Shown here piece by piece: positions 58,095 through 64,000 of a stretch of DNA of 64,000 bases (position 1 is its first letter; every line of letters starts with the position of its first letter). This DNA is from an uncultured Gemmatimonadales bacterium (GTDB lineage: Bacteria; Gemmatimonadota; Gemmatimonadetes; Longimicrobiales; Longimicrobiaceae): positions 3,360,001 to 3,424,000 of the forward strand of contig OY970303.1 of the NCBI GenBank assembly GCA_963716255.1. The letters run 5' to 3'. The translations under genes and the position numbers were made by a program. Under the pieces are notes generated by a model, which had not been told where the DNA came from, did not search any database, and was given only the letters and a program-made list of their open reading frames with translations.

Positions 58095-60902
58095 ATGAAC
58101 GGCGACATCAGCCGCCAGACGTTCAACCCGGCGAAGGGCTACACCGCCGTGGTGATGCAGCAGGGGCGCGTGCAGCTCGACGCCGACTGGAACGAGCAGC
58201 AGGCCATCCACGCCCACCGCCTGGAAAGCGCCCTGGGCGACCTAGTGGGCGCCACCGGCGCCCTCAAGGACCTGGCCGGCCGCGACGGCTTCCAGGTGTT
58301 CTCCCCCGGGGCGGGCGCGCTCTCGGTGAAGCGGGGCGTCTTCTACGTGGACGGCATCCGCAGCGAGATCGCCGCCGACACGGCGCTGGCCGCGCAGCCC
58401 TGGCCCTCCGGGCAGGCGTGGCCTCCCCCGGCGGGGACGTACGTGGTGTACCTGGACGTGTGGCAGCGCTACGTGAGCGCACTGGAAGACCCCGCCATCC
58501 GCGAGAGCGCGCTGGGCGGCCCGGACACCGCCGCGCGCCTGCAGACGCTCTGGCAGGTCAGGCACTTCGCGGTGGGCGCGGGCTCTACCTGCGCGTCCGC
58601 GCTCGCCCCGTTCAACGACTTCGTCCGCCGCGGCACCGTGCAGGCCAACCGCCCGGGCCGGCTGGCCGCGAAGGCCGCGGCCGCGCCGGGGACCAACACC
58701 CCGTGCGTGCTCCCCCCGGAGGCCGGCTACCGCGGGCTGGAGAACCAGCTGTACCGGGTGGAGGTGCACAAGGGCGGCCCGCTGGGCACCGCGCGCTTCA
58801 AGTGGTCGCGCGAGAACGCCTCCGTCGCCACCGCGGTGGTCTCGGTGGACCCAAACAACGGCCTGCTCCTGCGCGTGGACGGGCTGGGGCGCGACGAGTC
58901 GCTGGGCTTCGCCAACAACGACTGGGTGGAGTTCGTGGACGACGACGTGGAGCTGTCCGGCTCCCCGCGCGTGCTCATGCAGATCGACCAGGTGCAGCCG
59001 CACGCCTCGTCCATCCTGTTCAAGGTGGGGACCCTGGTCCCGGCCATCGTCCAGGCCAAGCGTCCGCGGCTGCGGCGCTGGGACCACCAGGATCCCAGCA
59101 ACGAAGGAATCCTCACCAGCACCGGCTGGATCCTGCTGGAGAACGGGGTGCAGGTGAGGTTCGAGGCCGGCGCCTTCCGCCCCGGCGACTTCTGGCTGAT
59201 CCCGGCGCGCACCGCCACCACGGCGGGCGGCGGCACCGTGGAGTGGCCGGCCCCCGGCGACACCCCCGCCGCCCTCCTGGAGCCGCACGGCACCCTCCAC
59301 CACTTCGCTCCGCTGGCCGTGGTGGCCGTGCCGGGGAACGGCACCTTCACGCTCACGGACTGCCGGCGGCGCTTTCCCGCGCTCACCGAGATCACCGCCT
59401 CGGACGTGCGCTACGACAACACCCCGTGCGTCCTCCCCGGGCTCCCCGCCGCCACCACCGTGCAGGCTGCGCTGGGCGCCCTGTGCGCCCGCGACGAGGG
59501 GTACGGGATCGTGGTTTCGCCCGGGGCGGGGTGGCCCCAGTCGCTGCTGTCGCGCCTGGACCCGGTCAAGGCCACGGGCGCGTACGTGCGCTTCCGCCCC
59601 GGCGACTTCCCCACCGCGCAGACCGTGGTGCTCGCGGGGACGGGGCACCTCACCGTGGACGCCGGCGGGCTGGCGAGCCGCCTGGTGGCCTCCGGCTCCG
59701 AGTGCGTGCTGCGCTTCGAGGGATGGGCCAGCGTCACCGTGCGCAACCTGTACGCCGAGGGGCAGACGGTGGGCGCCGAGGACAACCTCCAGGGCGTGCT
59801 CAGCTTCATGGGGTGCAAGCAGGTCCTGGTGGAGGACTGCACGCTGCGCACGGCCGGGGGCCCGCGGCGCGGCGCAAGCTGCGTGTGGGTGTTCAACGTC
59901 CCCTCCATCCCCACCACCGCGGTGCGCGTGCGGGGGTGCCGGATGGAGGTGGGCAACACCCAGGTGGGGGTGCTGGTGGTGGACGCCGCCCGGGTCACGG
60001 TGGAGGACAACGAGATCCGCGGCCCCTCCACCCCTGCCGTGGCGCTCACGACGCAGCTCACCGACCGCTACTACCTGCGCTGGCTGGAGCGCGCGCTGGT
60101 GAACCGGCTGTACGCGTCGGGCGTCAACCCGCCGGCCGCGCCGGACCTGGTGACCATCGCCGTCGCCAACGTCACCCTGAGGTTCCACAGCATCCCCACC
60201 CTGGTGTCCGCCTGGCAGGCCATCGCCAACGACGCCGTGACGATCGGCCCCGCGCCGGACCTGTCCACCCACGACCGCCGGTACGGGTGGCTGCGCTCGG
60301 TGATCTCCGCCGTGATCGCCACCCCCGCGCGGCGCAGCAAGTACGCCGGGCTCGTCGGCTACATCAACTCCCTCAGCAGCCAGAACCTCCCGGCCGCGTC
60401 GCAGGGGGTGGTGGTCGGCGGCCTGGTCGCCCGCGAGGTGCGGGTGCTCAACAACTCCATGACGCGCGTGGGGCAGGGGGTGCACGTGGGGCTGGGCTCG
60501 CGCGAGCTCAACCTCACCAACCAGCGCGCGGGGGTGGTCACGGTGAGCGGCAACACCATCGAGGGGTGGGCCAGCCCCGCCTCGCCCTTCGAGCGGTTCG
60601 GCATCTACGTGAGCGGGTGCGAATCGGTGCGGGTGGAGCGCAACGACCTCCAGGTCTTCCGCCCCGGCACCGTCCCCGCCACCCGCGTGGAGGGGGTGCG
60701 GCTGCGCGGGGTCCTGGGCCGCGTGGCGCTGGTGCGAGACAACCAGCTCACCAGCTACACGGTGGGGGTGGCCGCGTTGCCGGCGGCGGGCCCACTCCCC
60801 CCGCAGCGCCGCTGGGCCATCACCGACAACGTGTGCTCCGGCGCGCAGAACACCGTGGTGGATCCCGGCGGCGTGTTCACCAAGACCGGCAACGTCCCCT
60901 GA
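58095..60902 (+). CDS. DUF6519 protein with C-terminal right-handed beta-helix (tail fibre/receptor-binding-like)
   Basis: MNGDISR.TF, V.MQQGRVQLDADWNE, GGPDT..R, YRGLENQLYRVEVH, FKWSREN.S; V.V..N.I beta-helix rungs. Confidence 0.85.
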   Translation: MNGDISRQTFNPAKGYTAVVMQQGRVQLDADWNEQQAIHAHRLESALGDLVGATGALKDLAGRDGFQVFSPGAGALSVKRGVFYVDGIRSEIAADTALAAQPWPSGQAWPPPAGTYVVYLDVWQRYVSALEDPAIRESALGGPDTAARLQTLWQVRHFAVGAGSTCASALAPFNDFVRRGTVQANRPGRLAAKAAAAPGTNTPCVLPPEAGYRGLENQLYRVEVHKGGPLGTARFKWSRENASVATAVVSVDPNNGLLLRVDGLGRDESLGFANNDWVEFVDDDVELSGSPRVLMQIDQVQPHASSILFKVGTLVPAIVQAKRPRLRRWDHQDPSNEGILTSTGWILLENGVQVRFEAGAFRPGDFWLIPARTATTAGGGTVEWPAPGDTPAALLEPHGTLHHFAPLAVVAVPGNGTFTLTDCRRRFPALTEITASDVRYDNTPCVLPGLPAATTVQAALGALCARDEGYGIVVSPGAGWPQSLLSRLDPVKATGAYVRFRPGDFPTAQTVVLAGTGHLTVDAGGLASRLVASGSECVLRFEGWASVTVRNLYAEGQTVGAEDNLQGVLSFMGCKQVLVEDCTLRTAGGPRRGASCVWVFNVPSIPTTAVRVRGCRMEVGNTQVGVLVVDAARVTVEDNEIRGPSTPAVALTTQLTDRYYLRWLERALVNRLYASGVNPPAAPDLVTIAVANVTLRFHSIPTLVSAWQAIANDAVTIGPAPDLSTHDRRYGWLRSVISAVIATPARRSKYAGLVGYINSLSSQNLPAASQGVVVGGLVAREVRVLNNSMTRVGQGVHVGLGSRELNLTNQRAGVVTVSGNTIEGWASPASPFERFGIYVSGCESVRVERNDLQVFRPGTVPATRVEGVRLRGVLGRVALVRDNQLTSYTVGVAALPAAGPLPPQRRWAITDNVCSGAQNTVVDPGGVFTKTGNVP

Positions 60903-60916
60903 CGCGCGCGGGGCTG

Positions 60917-60955
60917 AAAAAAAGGATTGACGAGGCTCGCCGGAGGGATTATCCT
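60917..60955 (+). promoter_or_regulatory. sigma70-type promoter with A-tract (UP-like)
   Basis: A7 tract (60917-60923), TTGACG (60927-60932), 17 bp, TATCCT (60950-60955). Confidence 0.7.
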
Positions 60956-60962
60956 GTATGCA

Positions 60963-61154
60963 GCATGACGGAAGTCCATAGTGGACGCGAACGGGGAAAC
61001 GGTTTGTAACGCAGCGTGCGAGAAGATGCAGTTCCAGCGTGAGTACGAGTCCTCAGAAGGTTGATGCGTCTCGGTTCACCAATAGCGAACGATCCAACGT
61101 ACCTGATAATCGAACAGTAACGAAGGGAGCAGGGCTCGAAGCCCTCTGTCATGT
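60963..61154 (+). ncRNA. candidate structured non-coding RNA of unknown family
   Basis: Starts ~7 nt after the -10; ends pair (GCATGACGGA/TCTGTCATGT); several internal hairpins; followed by a strong hairpin; no convincing ORF. Confidence 0.55.
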
Positions 61155-61155
61155 A

Positions 61156-61195
61156 GAGAGAGGGTCCTCCACGGAGGACCCTCTCTCGATTTGTA
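61156..61195 (+). terminator. intrinsic terminator-like hairpin (possibly bidirectional)
   Basis: GAGAGAGGGTCCTCC-ac-GGAGGACCCTCTCTC perfect inverted repeat followed by GATTTGT. Confidence 0.75.
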
Positions 61196-61218
61196 TACCC
61201 ATCGTTGGAAGCGGGGTC

Positions 61219-61242
61219 GGGCGTGCCCCCGGCTGGCCCGGG
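61219..61242 (+). repeat. structured intergenic repeat, truncated copy 5
   Basis: GGGCGTGCCCCCGGCTGGCCCGGG, first hairpin only. Confidence 0.7.
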
Positions 61243-61316
61243 ACGAATGCGAAGAGGCCCGGCTGGATCCCAGAGGATCCGGCCGGGCCGCTGATGTTTT
61301 TGCCCGAGGGGACGCA

Positions 61317-61613
61317 CTACACGCGTGAGCGCCAGTGCCTCGGGTTTCTCCGTCCATGGGTGCAGGAGATCACCTCGATGACATCAGGCTGGATCAGGAA
61401 GAACAGAGAATAGGGAAACCGGCGGAGGACAAGACGGCGCGCGCGCTTGTAGTGCTCGGGATACCGTTCCGGATTCCGCTCGATCGAGGACAGGCCGGCC
61501 TCGACCACTCCAAGGAACTCGGCGCCGAGACCCACCCTCTGATCTTCGTACCACCGGTAAGCCGTCTCGATGTCGGCTTCCGCGGCTGGACGGATGATGA
61601 GTGGGCGTGTCAC
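61317..61613 (-). CDS. RelE/ParE family type II toxin
   Basis: IIRPAAEADI..AY.WYE....GLG.EF...I..NP..YP....RR..L.RFPY.LF...H.RRNP..W. Confidence 0.9.
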   Translation of the reverse strand: MTRPLIIRPAAEADIETAYRWYEDQRVGLGAEFLGVVEAGLSSIERNPERYPEHYKRARRLVLRRFPYSLFFLIQPDVIEVISCTHGRRNPRHWRSRV

Positions 61614-61831
61614 TCCGAACCGAGTAGACGCGCCTTCACCTCGGCCCAGGGCCTACCGACGCCCGGGTTTGCGTCCACGTCCGCCAGGCGACGATCCATT
61701 TCCTGACGCTCCTCCTCGGTGAGCGGCAGCTCCTCGGGCTCGGCGGCGATGCTGTCCCACACGTCTTCGACGAGCTGGATCCGCTCGGCGACGCTGAGCT
61801 TCAGGATGTCGGAGAGAAGGTTGGTTTTCAT
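61610..61831 (-). CDS. addiction module antitoxin (TIGR02574-type)
   Basis: LKLSVAERIQLVEDVWDSI...LTEE.RQE.DRRL...PW.EVKARL; 4-bp overlap with the toxin. Confidence 0.9.
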   Translation of the reverse strand: MKTNLLSDILKLSVAERIQLVEDVWDSIAAEPEELPLTEEERQEMDRRLADVDANPGVGRPWAEVKARLLGSE

Positions 61832-61903
61832 GTCTGAACACTAGTCGGAGCAACCCTTTCAGACAACCATCGGCTTGCTGGAAAGATGCTCGTGCCACGT
61901 CAT

Positions 61904-62122
61904 CTATTCCCTAGCACTGGAAGAAGATTTGTTGCGGACCGAGTTGAGGATCTCGTCCAGAGAGAGATTTCCGAAGAGACCTTCCCTGTCCTCGGCGTAG
62001 TTCCCGGAGCCGGTCGTGAACTGGTTGAGGAGGCGAAGGGTGTCGGCCACACCCAGCTCACGACAAAGAACCCGAATCGCGTTCTGGGTCACTTCCGCCA
62101 GCGGCTTGGCTGGAACGGTCAT
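61904..62122 (-). CDS. small hypothetical protein (antitoxin-like)
   Basis: MTVPAKPLAEVTQNAIRVLCRELGVADTLRLLNQF..GSGNYAEDRE.LF..LSLDEI. Confidence 0.65.
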   Translation of the reverse strand: MTVPAKPLAEVTQNAIRVLCRELGVADTLRLLNQFTTGSGNYAEDREGLFGNLSLDEILNSVRNKSSSSARE

Positions 62123-62239
62123 TATTGAAATTCCCTTTTCAGCTCCAGCGGGAGACGACCCGAGTTCGCCCTGAATGGCCGGCACGTTCCACTCCATACT
62201 CTTACCGGGTCTGTCAACAACGTAACGGCACCATCGCGG

Positions 62240-62890
62240 TTACCCTCCCTCCCCGCCTCCCGCGCTCGCTTCCTCCGCCGGCGCGAACGCGTCCGTGTAA
62301 AAGCGCCGCGCCGCCAGCAGGATGCGGTCGCTCAGCTCCGGGTCGTCCGCGGCGCGGGCCAGGAGCACCGCGCCCACCATCCCCGACACCAGCACCAGCG
62401 CCTCGTCCGGTATGGCCTCGCCGCTCGCCGGGGCAGGGGCGGCGGGGGCGCCCCGCGCGCCCCGCAGCAGCCGCGCGACCCCGGCCACGAGCCCGCGGAG
62501 CGAGCGGGTGAACGAGGCGCGCACCTCCGGCGCCGCGCGCGACGCGTCCGCCGCGAGCGCCGGCATCAGGCACCCCAGCCCGGGCTCGTCGCGGTGCTGG
62601 CGGCTCACGTAGCCGCGGATCACCCGGCGCAGCCCCTCCGCGCCCCCCGCCTCCTCCGCCCAGGCGAACCAGCTCTGCGCCAGCGTCGAGCGCACGCTGT
62701 CGCACGCCTCCGCCACCAGCGCGTCCTTGCTGTCGAAGTGGGCGTAGAAGCCGCCGTGCGTCAGCCCGATGCTCTGCATCAGCTCGCCGATCCCCACCCC
62801 CTCCACCCCCTCCTCGCGGTACGCCCGGGCCGCCGCCTCCAGGATGCGGCGGCGCGTCTCCTCCTTGTGCTCCTTCGAGTAGCGCACCAT
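62240..62890 (-). CDS. TetR/AcrR family transcriptional regulator
   Basis: RYSKEHKEETRRRILEAA...G.GELM..IGLTHGGFYAHF.SKD.L; GCLMPAL. Confidence 0.93.
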   Translation of the reverse strand: MVRYSKEHKEETRRRILEAAARAYREEGVEGVGIGELMQSIGLTHGGFYAHFDSKDALVAEACDSVRSTLAQSWFAWAEEAGGAEGLRRVIRGYVSRQHRDEPGLGCLMPALAADASRAAPEVRASFTRSLRGLVAGVARLLRGARGAPAAPAPASGEAIPDEALVLVSGMVGAVLLARAADDPELSDRILLAARRFYTDAFAPAEEASAGGGEGG

Positions 62891-63396
62891 CAGCCCTCCC
62901 CCGTTGTGCCCGGCGCGGACGCCGCGCGCTCCCCCGGCCCCCTGTCCCCGCGGCGGACGTACACCGTCTTCTCCACCTCCGCGTGCACCACGCCCTCCGC
63001 GTCTACCAGCTCCACCCGGTACACGCGGTCGGTCGGCTCCCCGCCGGCCGTGGCCGCCCGGATCGCCTCCAGCTCCGCCTCGTCCAGCGCGAAGCGGGCG
63101 AAGAGCGTGCTGCGCCCGGGCTTTCGAAAGCGGATGGACGCCGACTTGTCCCACACCACGTACTCCGGACCCAGCACGTGGATGAGCATCAGCATGTACA
63201 CCGGGTCCACCGCCGCGTACATGCTCCCGCCGAAGAGGGTGCCCACGTAGTTGCGGGTGCGCAGCGACAGCGGCAGGCGCACGCGGATCTCGCGGAAGTC
63301 GTGCGCGATGTACTGGATGCGCGCCCCCGTGGCCCAGTACGCCGGGAACAGGTTGAAGCCCCAGCGCAGCATTCGCGTGCGGGCGGACTCGGGCAT
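62890..63396 (-). CDS. DUF4442/PaaI-like hotdog-fold protein
   Basis: FNLFPAY.ATG.RI, TRNYVGTLFGGSMY...DP.YM, VVWDK.A.IRF.KPGR. Confidence 0.88.
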   Translation of the reverse strand: MPESARTRMLRWGFNLFPAYWATGARIQYIAHDFREIRVRLPLSLRTRNYVGTLFGGSMYAAVDPVYMLMLIHVLGPEYVVWDKSASIRFRKPGRSTLFARFALDEAELEAIRAATAGGEPTDRVYRVELVDAEGVVHAEVEKTVYVRRGDRGPGERAASAPGTTGEG

Positions 63397-63413
63397 CGTC
63401 GGGTCTCCGCGCG

Positions 63414-63848
63414 TCAGCGGCCGGCGGCCTGCTCGCCGCGCAGCGTCATCAGTGTGCTGGTGGCGAAGGCCACCAGGCGTCCGCGGTCGTCGGTGACGCG
63501 GGCCTCCGCCAGCCCCACCGTGCGGCCGCCGCCCACCAGCTTTCCCTCGGCGCGCAGCGTGGTCCGCCACACCGGGCGCAGGAAGTTCATCTTCAGCTCC
63601 AGCGTGGTGTACGACTCGCCCTCCTCCAGCAGCGTGCCGTACGCCGTGCCCATCGCCGCGTCGGCCAGGTCGCAGAGGACGCCGCCGTGCACGGTGCCCA
63701 TGGGGTTCGCGTGGCGCTCGTCCGTCGCCAGCTCGAACACCGCTCTGCCGCGCTCCACCTCCGGCAGGGTGAAGCCCAGCAGCGTCGCGATCCCCGGCGG
63801 CGGGGCGTCTCCTCGCGCAATGCGCTGCATCTGCTCCAGGACGGTCAT
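63414..63848 (-). CDS. PaaI family thioesterase
   Basis: HANPMGTVHGG...LADAAMG, TTLELKMNFLRP, G...GG.TVG.AE; start may be 63857. Confidence 0.92.
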   Translation of the reverse strand: MTVLEQMQRIARGDAPPPGIATLLGFTLPEVERGRAVFELATDERHANPMGTVHGGVLCDLADAAMGTAYGTLLEEGESYTTLELKMNFLRPVWRTTLRAEGKLVGGGRTVGLAEARVTDDRGRLVAFATSTLMTLRGEQAAGR

Positions 63849-63895
63849 GTGTTTCATTCGGGCTTGGCGTGGAACTGCTTTGAAGGGCCGGGTTC

Positions 63896-64000
63896 GGGCG
63901 TGCCCCCGGCTGCGCCGGGGTCGGGCTTCGGCTCCGTAAGCCCGCAAACAACGCGGGCTAACGGAGTCGAGCCCCGCGAAACCGCCCGCGGGTCTCGCCC
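63896..64000 (+). repeat. structured intergenic repeat, copy 6 (cut by window end)
   Basis: Same scaffold as copies 1-4. Confidence 0.9.

Noticed and set aside
61039..61413. 124-aa plus-strand ORF (and 60949-61317 minus-strand ORF) in the post-eCIS gap
   Set aside because: No RBS, atypical codon usage, runs through a strong hairpin and a repeat fragment, and the plus-strand ORF overlaps the ParE gene

Overview
Very GC-rich bacterial DNA; gene style suggests Gemmatimonadota (Longimicrobium-like), which is an inference. The left half (1-31 kb) is a patchwork of ordinary and accessory genes: a LytS/LytTR two-component cluster, PhzF, a MerR-like operon, a short UvrA2/DrrC-like ATPase, RecQ, an ECF sigma pair, the TIGR04282/TIGR04283 glycosyltransferase pair, NRDE, an alpha/beta hydrolase and a SET-domain gene. 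It also holds two lower-GC inserts. One encodes a metallophosphoesterase-STAND NTPase-TPR (NLR-like) protein ending in near-identical 201-bp repeats. The other encodes a P-loop ATPase fused to a mannitol-1-phosphate-dehydrogenase-like domain, split cleanly by an IS1380 element. The right half (31.6-60.9 kb) is an apparently complete extracellular contractile injection system (eCIS, Afp/PVC-like): enlarged sheath, tube, DUF4255 cap, AAA+ ATPase, two DUF4157 proteins (one a giant candidate toxin followed by an immunity-like gene, one fused to OmpA), split spike, baseplate and a DUF6519/beta-helix fibre. Directly after it is an unannotated ~190-230 nt unit with its own sigma70-type promoter, closing stem and terminator hairpin (candidate ncRNA), then a ParE-type TA pair, TetR and two hotdog-fold genes. 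A ~130-bp structured intergenic repeat with compensatory base changes occurs six times (four complete, one fragment, one cut by the window end).
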